Origin: Clostridia bacterium
GTDB taxonomy: Bacteria > Bacillota > Clostridia > Christensenellales > UBA1242
Length of the DNA: 64,000 nt
Direction of reading: 5' to 3'
Assembly: GCA_017452445.1 (NCBI GenBank)
Contig: JAFTMH010000002.1
Coordinates: 202,657-266,656 of the forward strand
Part shown: positions 39,101-40,691 of the stretch, one piece after another
Layout of the letters: each line of letters begins with the position of its first letter
How positions within the stretch are numbered: the first letter of the stretch is position 1
Notes under the pieces: generated by a model
What the model was told of the DNA's origin: nothing
Database searches by the model: none
Seen by the model: the letters and a program-made list of their open reading frames with translations, nothing else
Program-made: the position numbers and the translations under genes

Positions 39101-39367
39101 GCAAACACATTTGAAAACGGAAACAAATTGTTCCTTGGTTGGGCTCTCAGCAACGATGGTGATGTTGCATTCTTTGACGGAGAAGAAATCTTTATCAACT
39201 TTGAAGATACATTGACTTTGTATGCTGTATGGCGCAATCAACCTGGCACAATGTGGTGGATCTGGCTTGTGGTTGGTGTTGTCAGTGCGTTGGGCATTGC
39301 CGTTGTGGTTGTGCTTATCATAAGAAAACGCAGAAAAGACAGAGCCAAAATCATGAGTAAACAATAA
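6122..39367 (+). CDS. giant (about 11,081 aa) secreted, membrane-anchored repeat protein rich in Listeria-Bacteroides (Flg_new) repeats; adhesin-like
   Basis: One frame stays open for 33.2 kb. Start is ATG 6122, 7 nt after GGAG in AGGAGAG. Signal peptide is MDRMKRRFILGIMASLCLLVSVFGLGIGLA. The recurring unit is (Y)T(I/V)xF(N/D)xNGG ... TR(T/A)GYTFxGW ... LYAxW. The C-terminal TM helix WWIWLVVGVVSALGIAVVVVLII is followed by RKRRKDRAK. Stop is TAA, and a strong terminator follows. Confidence 0.95.
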   Translation: MDRMKRRFILGIMASLCLLVSVFGLGIGLANVSVGVSSSISQEVENEDNAIETGSEEIVEDLPIGANATKATYTSAVGNVSGSVTYDMCKFTCSSGPIVTLTSGVVVFKNCEFWLGGNITIVSPSSGTKVYFYNCIFYSTSSTTDRSIALSTSTSTAIVQDCLGVGVSFSGVNAAQSKCYYSNSWNDGMAIVKDASKFLTSGDGLWTGAWDLDAAWAYRGYKTMSSGTDTGVVVAELVLIHSINSTATKLLNLYSKNPYNGQVYHIIYDASTAGSISKTSIGFSWPGYTLSGWAYDYNGTGYGESIAVSGPGDFYAVWKANDITVTLSPGSTYSSAGTGYIYYTFGTATYYSNSTHTSTISTITCPTRTGYTFKGYYTASGGSGTKYIANNGAIDSGLSGDNRLARKQTANLTLHAYWTANSYTVTANANSGTISSTSGWSGTGNTATKSIAYDSTYASFPNVARTGYTLKGWYTASSGGTKIETSTKMTTTSAHTIYAQWTINNYTLTAISELGGSKLTPKTGWTSNGDQQCSKAVAYGTQYFNDLPTATRAGYTFREWTSDSAGKNAVVTTVKMGAANATVYAQYTAHTYKINLVQNNSASDTTSVSNFNVTYNSVVSVPSGTKTTATRVGYEFQGFYSARSGGVWIIGKDGKFKASASGYTDANTKWINAQTTNGATINLYAQWTAYSYTIRFDKNAGSGTMGDMSVKYDQTVTLSANAFTRTGYSFLGWALTSGGEKKYNDKASVVNLTSVKDATVTLYACWTAIQYTVTLSANGGSIAQGDGWIGSGTTATKKVYYDSNYGTLPDKAQMLRTGYTFSSWSTATSGGNAVTATTLMKVAADHTIYALWTPNKTTVTLYKNDKAVSGGGGTVTTLTYTYDSTSRSPSTFTKPTKTGHTLTGYYTAESGGTRVLDAEGVLLASVTNFSNASKAWQSTKSTVSLYAQWTPNPYSVKFNANGGSGGSTVAYVKYGVGWYKEQACTNAFTLSKPTRTGYTFTGYRKSQSASSEIVFEASGAAASGSTLLFTANDTTIYAHWSANPYEVTANANGGSIAQTTGWTGSGNTAKKTVYYDSQYSTLPSASRTGYSLTGWYTSTTGGSKIETTTTVKTAAAHTIYARWSALSYTLTANANSGTIPSTTGWTVASGGASATKSVTYDATYGTLPTPTRTGYEFGGWYTSATGGSAVAATTTVKTAGNHTIYAHWTPKEYTLTFKYDADANSATTNDVVTHSSVKIKFGAALANAGFTSRTGYTFNGYQVSLNSGAYLFNAAGVAQVVTGYTTTGAVWNRDGGATVWGNYTEHTYSIVFNANGGTGTTASITGIKYTDVKTLPTCGFTKTGYDFVAWNTSAAGNGTKYTAGASVSKLTSTNNGTFTLYATWAEHSYVIQFNDGLGNKLVSAYLVYNKTWSKSAGGVGPVSTFSEIQALPTRTGYTFAEFYTGTGGTGTRITESAGRFTASSLTFTAQNTNVYAHWKANTYNIVFNANGGSGTMAKQTMTYDTAANLTANAFTRTGYSFQGWSKSSSGAKEYGDKASVKNLATSGEITLYAVWKANTYNIKFEEGGTEHGETITQPSITVTYGTALKGITISVGAGKTEYKLGHNFAGYFTQAGSSGSMVYNASGQAVKSVSGYTDASGNWIKAADTTLYAHWTTAFYTVTLNANNGTFSTSNTNGWTIGSGNGSATKSIEFGTQYGSFPTISRAGYDFQGWWTATSGGTQVTATTSFLQGATQTLYARWTEHTYTITYTKNATDAQIDKTSENFTILTSITMATTTRTGYQMSGWLVTSNGGNWGVVNSQKYSNGQSGIKGMYGNVTLTAQWTANTYTIAFNANAGTGTMNSVTARYDQTVTLPANTFTRTGYSFTGWAKSAGGTKVYNNSAQVSNLSSSNNATVTLYACWTAKTYTLVFDSNGGSAVASVSGKVYDTTYGTLPSPTRAGYDFQGWFNTETSNNGSGTLVRSDSRFNTTTATFANVGTAGTNATVYAQWKEKTLVVSFNGNGGTSSSASKSVVYNSAYGDLPTATRTGYTFKGWYTAATAGTNITKDSKVTATTDHTLYAQWTALRYQIKLSSQLTSGSLGDGWTEKIVYAEYDSATLYAAATGSSAAGEQKPTRRGYTFAGWYTAADGGMMIIKADATSLVSSASGYVTSGKWSRTATDVVTLYSQWTSNSYTITYNLNASDATFINAATSTQVYSTSAGVKLYGYRQVRRAGYTFSWKPSYAAGSEAASCPTWVNNTSLAVDASLTGVYGNVTLTAQWTAKTTNITLVLHNDGGQGPSSHTATYDQKVATIQAPASRPASVTTVAWRAGWTFQGYYTATEGAGSKLINADGTVVSAAVDGWLKTGGIWAWDGTVGSSQSTNSVDLHAHWTRNTYTLNYTMDMGISLVKITGSLNDGDKTSNGSVTVTFGQKVTVVATASVGFDISNFAGGLTPGPTASIAGTVSGKSSTITLTFDETLLGATNNVISNNTYYIAAKSIPQQVGYRVRYILQNAKGEYGTPSEAGTFTAAAGSTLTLDDVKAKVSAASTAGYTYASNKYYTHNNASAAGTNASTFMVEGDGTLIVVLYYSFNSYTITFDVGEGQALSSPPAVYNIHGYFKTSASATSWTANGILPTPIRTGYDFKGWKANSVGNWGTSVYNGGTSLTGKYGNVTLSAEWSAHVYTITLNNNDTLSYIYEKYATGWYSNSNATSSISNIAIPTRAGYTFEGYFTQKAGAGTQIIGSNGGILASNTTFTADATIFAHWTPKVFTVTFDGNVVDNSISITPGSKEITFAAVYGTLATATRTGYTLEGWYKEAACKNKVTASTVVDTADNHFLFAKWTPNKYLVKLNGNGGTVGTLSNITGMTGTASPLTATYDTTGNFTAVMTRAGYTFTGWSIDPIGDNTTGITQGAITGQGGTFTVTNTKIINLVPSGEANLYAQWSADYVEISLDLNADTGSTVPTILHTKIYAKTGSAYSEAVTDKNNPNTTKVGLISPERSGYTFAGWFEGKTTGSQVLPVTLVEGTYSSGAYRKTLYARWTANTYSITYAKNDGSGATYVDTVRATFDQDYTILTESNAKFDFFVTGHTFVNWATSPQGGTTYAPGVFTYTVPNNLTLYAIRNVNSYTLYYEANDARYQGTAELLAGKTDSEVYLYTASVDISARYKRLGYNFVSWNTQADGTGTTLTNANNKGLEATNGGIFRIYAIWEPGDVDVTVHHMTQTVGAAVAGDVAFSIADQTNYIENSAEVKKEKTGITLTPENLANYFKTIDGFTKTSTTVSNTNAYLVLYDGSLEIYLLYTRNTSTMQVQIGTGINSVSATGDAGRTLSASTLNGISTFENIFFGESVTVSAALKAGYHTPVFTVLENTIPAFANNTYSMPSTTAKLAVAATPGKVPYKIEIYLMTTAGAYLGSASEVLTEGLSATVDTELEINSTVYSKTGFTYDSTQANELKKMVAGDGSTTFKLYYSRNKYTFVLTASFNNVDATSIAPNTIKVNGTVVSATYSKEYYFEEQVVLSDLVTFSGYEYVGFDFAGQHTAENALTSKTFTMLSKQTDVKLYFKSKEYTISYSMNGGVNDSTNPQKYATQLTDQIFNLVNPTRAGYSFAGWTETFASATIAGPKLTISANAYGDFTLTATWTPITYTISYNTNGGTLAAGAPVSYNIESTTTLPTITKVGQSFMGWKATTVAGNWELDKVYANGYLLTGMYGNVVLTAVWQPNVYEIVFDGNQGDGTTTVEGLPPKAYIAYGSTQFYTGWTQSTYPNNVSGSVVSPIAKRNGYTFKGWYTSSTGGTQVITNLGALNAGVSGITSAAGNWSAAEGKTFYAQWTPNSIEVAFDVNVSTNYPTDNFNVTPATKTVTFNSTYGALATTTRTGYTFAGWYFDSTCKSQAVETTQVVNHEAHTLYAKWNANTQTIVYTTTNVTVGASSPTSVKSHEANINATFTSNTGYSMPENVQVKVGGVLLTDGYTYTRGADYNSATLVIEKEYINASVEVVVPGVPGINDVTFNVTNVTAAGDATATSGVTYTATLHRVYGYHLPSTISVTVLGEAKTVGADYSYTISADQQTATIIIVGSKIIGPVVITAAGIAKDVVVTFNPNLGTVSTTTMTTKFNENYPTLPVPVRRGYAFGGWYTQAYAVDATPTTEAVTSSTKVTNEEAHTLYAYWISKTVSVRVQNLSGTSAEGNVMGTSTWTFTQSFKTGEIVQFAHDAKLDAYGTPLYSFAKYVKGTTWSGDTLTSYTITADDTEAGVQLEFRVCYAIQINLYAVTNGVALDASGGSVKTHDGGEVGATSTNSWAYGEVMSFTPEAIAEPGYTFEGWYTTQECTGDVVSTLAKPTLQFGTSGHLAYYAKFVSTPYTITYVLNGGAFATGFTPVEIYNVITKVTLPVEANVVKTGYTFVAWKENENLSGTAVTEISLGTIGNKTFYAEYTPNSYTISLDQNSATTDGTSSVVAVYEQTKSFAITAPQKVGYAFDGWSITRDGKDILIDDQGNLVANMTGYTTSDGRWQRAESVQLYAVWTVNSYAIQFTLDSSTRIAQITINDQVYTESGSALIVYGTKAEISIVPGVGYVIQAVKGGTNPSALENVGAIALDRTSFSYTIEKFNYVAAVNKGVAYYLDVQSREMRYTIAFNANGGVGTMENLDMEYHVDKALPTTSFVRTGYTFAGWATSSTGEVILADGATVTESLATTEGQEVTLYAIWSEHSYTLTFMGVHNAFDVKVAAADGNVYKTVSITSEANSIEGIKYSDIVVAGASGVGFTPAGLQLGSDIKGSDPSRVGYTWGVQSGATRHLYAITTDSSTAYFGGKSFSNHWSSTAVTTGQRTEGYAFAQLTSTKNGSVRVEVLWTANPYTITLDQNTATTEGTKSVVATYDSASLNVAISNPTKTGYTFRGWTSLRDGEIVVIDTAGHLVENVEGFTGANGIWKKAENATLFAKWTPNEYVVTFEPNGGTVDIATKTVVFDAAYGTLAVAQRIGYTFDNWYFEPAFTTTLTEETIVKTPANHTVYAKWIPNPDTPYTIYHYKESIGVENPSTSNPAHWDRPEVEVLKGVTDTMVTPAVKNYIGFVAPATQTILIKPDGTGEVHYYYTRLQYQLTLKAKFDGEVNPTLDINKVDLTIAGVANSQISAYQSNIDYGSEIVVSNMDLYPGYTYEGFVVERFVSSAWVTDADANIDSYLMTEFDTTIYLLFEGRDFVIELDFVEGTSIQQSPIEYSTKISNQVFALAPVVRPGYTFVEWAFDWKDATDHSTQTPAVATGNIELAANVYGDITLTAVWQPNTYTITYYPNSGTGNEVTDSVVFDSQYTIRPADLYYKTGYTFVGWNTLANGSGNEWTAGEEITWQVVGNVDLYAQWETIVYSIKFHGTGENVRGSMEDMTLDYDVAYNLTTNAFTRAGYIYKGWATEEDGELVYQDGQQVFNLTIKPNDVIHLYTVWEARTDTPYITNIYLMDKDGNYSASPTSVITKQGVTDTVIGFTTTATSVTMDAVRKRLETGEETHETSVYEYVGFSYDEAKTGITSDTNDITIKITLVDDGDGEVEEFSVISLYFARNKYTLTVNPNGGTYNETGAETVYNQYYQTTVEIADPVRIGHTFDGWERSANFHGVFENGVYTFNAGDDTLTAKWIVNRYKVVLNINDATFSNGTTSVENVNNITHASLVNGTITLYIDYGTKYQTLYTEEKGNTTVNYADFTSVNVSRLGYTFVGFYDRNIALGGTVDGATQITTETVFEYTGNDTVLYAFWTRNQDTPYVVNHYQEKKHIDNADISNSTHWDLVKQENLTGETDSTKTPAVETYKGFTSPTAQTIVIDARGTTVVNYFYTRNQYYVDISGSFAFDGTETIIEGLNTSVVDVLADTSLLAGASDFNKLVDFGTRITLSNLQVGGGWTFKGIVWNYTAVEDSETAVEGNVNPLLDIVVEEESQLEIVLKFEGNVYAIDYDLDHGTAENETQYQTSLNDRSITVNTPVRTGWTFMGWRHVWKGDDAHSSNLPTLTQVNDSSVLAILANTYGSIAITATWKANEYTITLNQNSADVEGTTSVVATYDSNTLSKAISNPRRTGYTFLGWAKTQNGNDLIIDVAGKLIANTDYTGENGIWQHVGDVELFAEWKVHKYTIKFHANTGAGTMADLQMTYNTAQTLTPNGFTKLGYDFTGWATSANGNVVYTDQQEVINLTSVDGDVLNFYAIWVARNDIEYSIEIYQMDTAGNYPETVEPIVRNDGTTDTNLRIEQITEGAKTTAISINEVTYSFAGFVVDTNLSTLGNINVNADGSALVKLYFIRNTYVLTIRAQAGTTVKVKEVARVDGTQLTMYFEEEFTLETILWEGYTWEGYSATGTPLLKLVADNMAAQTAQMGMGDAEITSQATIDSYKLTIKPNGGVYEGSESDIVIEQTYGSTYTVANPTRVGYTFMGWVVDPEANSNRLDAGVYTFGVGVNTTGVGDDTIIAQWKVNRYKVVLDLNDSKAGNGTTRAVTTIGTEVGGLIEMYVTYDTNYDAMYLQEEGGEPIAVEDFTDTVITRNGYRFVGFYTERNLLAANDNKGTQITNSTHFLTANDDTIIYAKWEYKLVNYTVEHYKANLGTYGDLDTTNSTLAKDEHGNDLVEVFQAYTDSTQTPAVKTFEGFTSPNAQSVVVDANGVTLVRYFYARNSYIFVLLAGNGVASVGASGTGVKLDATSTEVARRYDVQYDAEVSLTATNKTGYTLTGWDTASGIVIAENKFNMPAKLVNVTATAEPNRYKVVFDTNSTDDVTASQPVTNGKITLYAEFDSTWAVLYTNKQVTAGEQEVLFDALNPQRTGHTFNGWYTTAYEADGTVDLATRIYSTTGFATANDDTVIYANWTINTYKLTIDYRYFDNTEAKPTFERVLKFRESISVDSALIYGYTADFTNITIDSMPANDVEKTVTYNANKYNITYNLAKGKWSDGETPMTEYTIRDSIVFAQAERLGYTFVGWKVTSEYANLVDGNFVKDTIYTETSVNAGMYGNVDFEAQWEANRTTPYMVYLHKMNTVGGYDASGLSSEERRDGITDQYLETEINADLTIVTINEVAYSFDGFTIDTVTTGNISEILVQPDGSSQIHIYFARNTYTLTIYAQEGTTVKVKGDQVEDASTHTLYFEEEFALETILWEGYTWQNYVAGGTPLLVLATDKIGSQIVKMGMGDATVTSQAKINEYTLTINPNEGQYNASGEVCAVTQNYGSTYQLLVAGRVGYTFVGWKFTTQANAGRLVGDTYTFGIGVNTTGVGDDTITAQWKANRYEVVLNFNDSNFNVGSTAADISAITTNEGNKLVATNGLLSLYAIYDVSYAKLYVSDDETASNGAEYVTFADFAHPAVDRVGYEFVTFASSTEEDGEVVNSSTVCHTAGSVTIYAIWQVESYTLTIEKTLPKVSVAVENATEIAADKYTVVFDTTITLTATMDIGYHFVKWTEDEFDLSTSLELIYTYVQDNDTTITANVAPNTYEIAYHANTGVGSIQSTPATYDVEVVLSDGTGFTKLGYTQVGWECEGQSYDLADTVVNLTTQDNGVVTMMAVWRANTYNVSFETNNGSAVANTSATYDQAKPIEETTLRAGYRFLGWSTVNGKESNHTELTAEQLAGKDVTTYLIENNKANGIYLYNEVYYMFNLSAEHGGEVVVYAIWTPDYAPYRLEYYLEGLDGDYVLDTEIVETGLEIDRNSTTITDQFTETVVSIPQLTYYGFTLDLNNPNTILTGAVIGDGSLVLRVYYTRNTYSIDFIIPALGVDSVSATSEHEVDEDVFKYNSSVTVGVVQSKGYRLDGIVCGLLEVEAAELPYTFLLHEDMAFEVKVTALPFEYIVKYRFESLDDTTLYEENLALVTDKTKIDLVDVLIDYDKIADDIEDVAGFSYERFEGGIVKPVVDPGDQNLIVTIYYSRNYYSLALQLTTGISQLEAITDPLKVVEETENVAEGTKLYSVRYEARVDLVYDTEPGYAYGSWSDEIVVGEDPDWYIASMPSENLSIYMNGRTLPADVTIKYFFRDMADSKWVYDADEDQVVKHLYTASEIESVEGLGLKTYDGFTFSTFQTGVIVKGDGTSTLDVFYSRNSIQVSVSMTEGVASVRAFVNEEGGAYRLDFNFTEDGQFSLKYGATATLTYVLSTDGYRWVDFEGATQVGNAYTITAGIEDISVRAVAENKVYTITFYGYDTDVDVVTQQATYNRTVILTPNTFTRVGYTYKEWNTVADESGVVYTDQQEFNYLLTADLELHAIWSPIAYKVVYDGNMATGGEMTGHDEIFYDAPFTLKKNLYVRTGYTFKEWNRNADGTGESFADEQEGVVNLTSTAGETVVLYVIWNENTYTLQYNSNYTSVCEKEDVLSAAETYLYTENIAIKHADDLGYEVQGYTFVGWTVEIEGVETVVYADDILRSLTSTPNGSVIAHAIWEANKYIIKFNANTGIGEMEDVRATYDEPLNLPKATFTKIGYTFDGWNSKPDRTGDEYADEAEVINLAPEGEFVLYAQWKTITYTITYLANLEGFAGGFDGVEGETYTSTFTIEDEVHLVIEPFLSKIGHTLLGYTFEASEGNWQEVFSGDIDLNTLEDEILDVGIYGNVTLKAKWFVNSYDLTVVYNYQNGTTAAETVVQSIKYMQPYEVASPIITGYTADILVVEGIMDELGKTIVVTYIPNKYKITFDLNNAIGTGATTIEYTEAIVTYDSKYALATVEGVERGLVFPTRRGYDFVGWYFDQALTLLVVNNDTVKIVEDTTLYAKWQARNDTKFTVLYNFESLDGKSYEFKTEVPSLEGQGYTDTMVTEQMVVDLTGGALPTLAGFAYTHTIYASLDADVQAQINVYYSRSYFDLDLSTTIGITTFTASAQQQPDADQEETFYITNVGEGNYYVRFETTIILAYTIDNPGYEFVAYSSEQVDATSGQFDMIADRVEVLASAKPKPYTITFIGNNGATEDGDTTYLQSGTNIYRETIVLDATQFTRTGYTFAGWALTEEKADAREYDYADQAEFMLEVYSENVNLWAVWDPIPYKFYIEGTAGIDASQVTIFVDGELFPYEEEMIVYYDQIVRIYHTYTIEEETKSALKGGYDFTSFNLGDEVQSTGAFYEFIFHGETLVTLVATPRNDTKFRVVYKLENIARDGYEVDEEIIAEGTTDKLVTYDYLIELGLVRTYTGFDYSTFVDENEQEEIFIIYSNDNPEGYAVVCIKYVRLHYSLILNTSVGVQIFVPNVKDASTITQLPDQYRVYYQASFELQLDMYPGYRFLDFVVTAQEAQGSESLGTTEAVQLELREDGYYYGEKLIMSFVANEETGYYDVIMAPYDITITTQSEPIVYTFTYHRYLNEEDEETFSEEVTFNTAYTIYYPSNIKEGWSKLGYDFIGWATTKEEAIAQIPVYTYDETLADLQFEHYLDPNDTELWAVWIPADNTYKIEYYFESVDGTYSLNEDKTADKIGKTDSTANYELLPVEEVVGFEFFPDHEGSVLSANIDPAGDMVLKVYYKRIWYDVIVNYDIGIEYVRVAAGANSTVEEETTGKIVVKVKFGANVTVSYKENPGYTFVEYVEKTQMGVEVDGTFVMPAGNVEFDAISQPNIYTLTFKNGFKPELADDYTQQYVFATYMPLEPNRFVRPGYTFIGWDITIGEETTRYEDCQSLLYNHPDDLVAIAIWEANPDTPYVVEYYTQKIDGTFELAEAVNLVGRTDTEITEEIVFAAYINTSINKQGYAFSRMRDDAPLINGDGSTVTGVEYVLVDMDVRFSMSKPNTDPPELAAGIDNVVINYLDPEGDVENQLVNTEDIVPIKYTSTLKIKVTAKEGYQLLRIVITTATTRIEYLRTDVGEDGFFTYVVPSESVTVRIEVEPKEYVITYYKNFKEEGEFTTQRVRYLERVVFNGYFSETGYTLLGWSTDPLATEAEYRINHVLEQYTWTEDIAMHAIWLENEYTIAYNSNTAEGEIESVVVKYSQVYKLASASAFTKTGYKFVAWTTDTTNANQVVEVPEISQIEDRGIYKNLADGEYYVTKMVTGTLGDDTVELYAVWTPIEYTIKYAYDEREQQTLSLGTFKYDQTYKLRAFEVVAWTNRGYDFIGWKYTTDDGEQINIYCEENDIPEVTNLTTQDGKIVMLYVIWGLGDSPFTIRILKETLDGVYGETEGNYIDITGNEIQTESIVTSDIAYHYFVAGTEYDNIQGYTYNRNRQDSQAISAVGNTIVKVYFARQYYNLTITKNATVTDVTLVSSGTNTHYLISNTTNERVYAVKYGDRVTLGLSEAEGYSDGYFEVDLANSVEGTVLEADGKSLTIGPGDITIKANAVASGDTIFTIKIYKETLSGEYQTPAYTTYSTGATESVVDVDAVRELVENEPGYDFTGFSFGFVDENVVIMGNGQTVVGVYFTRNSYKLSTKATNYRAVVNTSDEANYRYEAEASVTGVLNRGYSLAEEDIWVEDLEGNKLEVELSVTIAELGNGTKQYAVFIKNMPAADAVVVFASTNNTDTKFTVVYMFQDITLTNYLEDVRYPRVIKTGETEHVLTREDIGFDELVVDGFKPSHSSIDGEIVEILGDGSVIVYIYFNRDQFILSLTFEDPMNGLIVDSLSVTGHGIQELTTLEWYVYSGQTVTIEFELDAGFTFGGFEVNGIKREETSTRLRVVITDSDMDVTIYIVAQTDIEYRIEYYRQELVDNKASDKYNRVHYINLHGTANEYLAPEAFLEMYVENLESIEGYRPEMFKGLRFDHYEVSIKGLPTDHPVVSGDGSTIIRFYYNRILVNVSFEYESEFTVNHLESLSGDGEYAYGSEVTLEAKARPGYVFDHWTINGQTIMTPTYKFAINQEVDYVVLVGTRLGEAEYTLEHYYEILGDSGHELKYTDKNKGTTESVIDVMSALREDPGYSFSYCENGAENAIIMGDGSTVVRIYYIINYVEFKVTFSEGVESVLVEGYGDSNYLELLNYNEYTKIYTYRAKYTKRLSLTVELKAGYKMLGWIVDDNQQPEPNSNVARGFLFDVRPVDFVLTAVAETKKIVIIYDPNNNISSEVIDNDEVLYRTYAILRANTFENGNKLFLGWALSNDGDVAFFDGEEIFINFEDTLTLYAVWRNQPGTMWWIWLVVGVVSALGIAVVVVLIIRKRRKDRAKIMSKQ
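6905..15711 (+). repeat. near-continuous array of about 31 Flg_new (Listeria-Bacteroides) repeats, each about 70-100 aa
   Basis: I counted the terminal ...(L/V/I)YAxW motif by hand in the translated protein. The array has one non-Flg_new interruption at about 13260-13860. Confidence 0.8.
21130..28250 (+). repeat. about 2.2-2.5 kb coding super-repeat (3 units) inside the giant gene
   Basis: The same order of modules recurs from about 21146, about 23340 and about 25790. Near-identical nucleotide patches exist, e.g. 25031-25084 vs 27437-27490 (52/54 identical). Confidence 0.7.
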
Positions 39368-39373
39368 AAAATT

Positions 39374-39403
39374 GAGTGAGGAGAATTCCTCACTCTTTTT
39401 TTT
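39374..39403 (+). terminator. rho-independent terminator of the giant gene
   Basis: Perfect 9-bp stem GAGTGAGGA (39374-39382) / TCCTCACTC (39387-39395) with loop GAAT, followed by T8 (39396-39403). Confidence 0.85.
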
Positions 39404-39489
39404 GAAAAGTTGCAAAAAATCGCAAAAAATATGTTGTTTTGTTTTGTTTTTTTGACAAAATGTTATAAACTACAAGAAGGAGGAACTAA

Positions 39490-40617
39490 ATGAAAAAATT
39501 AAACATTGTTCAATATGGATGCGGAAAAATGAGCGTCTACACAATGCGCTATGTGTTTGAAAAAGGCGCAAAAATCGTTGGAGCTTTTGACATTAACGAA
39601 AAAGTTATTGGCAAAGATATCGGCGAAATCATTGGAGATGGAAAAAAATATAAAGTAAAGGTTGACAATGCACAAAACTTTGAAAACTTTCTCAAAACTC
39701 ATGATGTAGATTGTGTTATTGTCACAACAATGAGCTTGCTTGCAGACATTGAAGAAGCATTTCTTACTTGTGCAAGATGTGGCGTAAATGCTATTTCAAC
39801 TTGCGAAGAAGCTTTCTTCCCACAAAACAGCAATCCAAAGGCATTTGAAAAAATCAATCAACTTGCAATTGAAAACGGATGCACAATTTGTGGAAGTGGT
39901 TATCAAGATGTTTTCTGGGGCAACCTTATCAGCGTGCTTGCAGGTGCAACACACAAAATCACAAAAATCAAAGGAAAGAGCAGTTACAATGTTGAAGATT
40001 ATGGCATTGCTCTTGCAAAAGCTCACGGTGCTGGTCTTTCTGTTGAAGATTTTGACAAAGAAGTTGCTTCTGCTGACAACATTACGGAGGCAGCAAGAAA
40101 GAAACTTATCAATGCTGGCGAATTTGCGCCAAGTTATATGTGGACAGTAAATGGCTGGCTTGCTAGCAAACTTGGCTTGACAGTTAAAAAACAAACACAA
40201 AAATGCGTGCCACATATCGCCAAAAAAGCACTCAAGAGTTCAACTCTTGGCATGACAATTCCAAAAGGCGCTTGCACAGGCATGAGCGCTGTAGTTGTTA
40301 CGGAAACTAAAGAAGGCATTATATTGGAAACAGAATGCATCGGAAAAGTTTATGACAACACAGAATTTGACTGCAACGATTGGACAATTGAAGGCGAACC
40401 AAACACAAGAGTTGTTATTGAAAGACCTGCAACTGTCGAACTTACTTGTGCAACAATTGTAAACAGAATCCCTGATTTGATGATGGCTCCTGCTGGATAT
40501 TTCACAACAGAATTTATGCCAGAAAACTTCTATAAGACAGAATCTTTGGAAAAATATGTTCTTGATCTTGAAGGTTGCTGTTGCGAAGGCGAATGTGATT
40601 GCCACGATCATAAGTAA
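39490..40617 (+). CDS. DapB-like NAD(P)-binding oxidoreductase (amine dehydrogenase / 2,4-diaminopentanoate dehydrogenase-like family)
   Basis: N-terminal Rossmann-type segment NIVQYGCGKMS. The overall pattern (GSGYQDVFWGNL, TCATIVNRIPDLMMAPAGY) resembles the DapB-N-domain amine dehydrogenase family. RBS is AAGGAGG. The C-terminus has an unusual Cys/His-rich tail. Confidence 0.5.
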   Translation: MKKLNIVQYGCGKMSVYTMRYVFEKGAKIVGAFDINEKVIGKDIGEIIGDGKKYKVKVDNAQNFENFLKTHDVDCVIVTTMSLLADIEEAFLTCARCGVNAISTCEEAFFPQNSNPKAFEKINQLAIENGCTICGSGYQDVFWGNLISVLAGATHKITKIKGKSSYNVEDYGIALAKAHGAGLSVEDFDKEVASADNITEAARKKLINAGEFAPSYMWTVNGWLASKLGLTVKKQTQKCVPHIAKKALKSSTLGMTIPKGACTGMSAVVVTETKEGIILETECIGKVYDNTEFDCNDWTIEGEPNTRVVIERPATVELTCATIVNRIPDLMMAPAGYFTTEFMPENFYKTESLEKYVLDLEGCCCEGECDCHDHK

Positions 40618-40691
40618 TTAAAAAAGAAAAATTGTTCGATTTTGGTCGAACAATTTTCTTAATGCCAAAATTTGACTATGGAGAAGAGAAA

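Noticed and set aside
6010-39415. Dozens of 60-190-aa ORFs in other frames or antisense within the giant gene (e.g. 16842..17402, 20603..21169, 24260..24790, 27320..27847, 36143..36694).
   Set aside because: All lie inside the uninterrupted 33-kb frame. Their translations are Cys/Gln/Leu-rich low-complexity mirrors of the Thr/Gly/Ala-rich repeats. None has an RBS or a recognisable motif, so they are composition artefacts.
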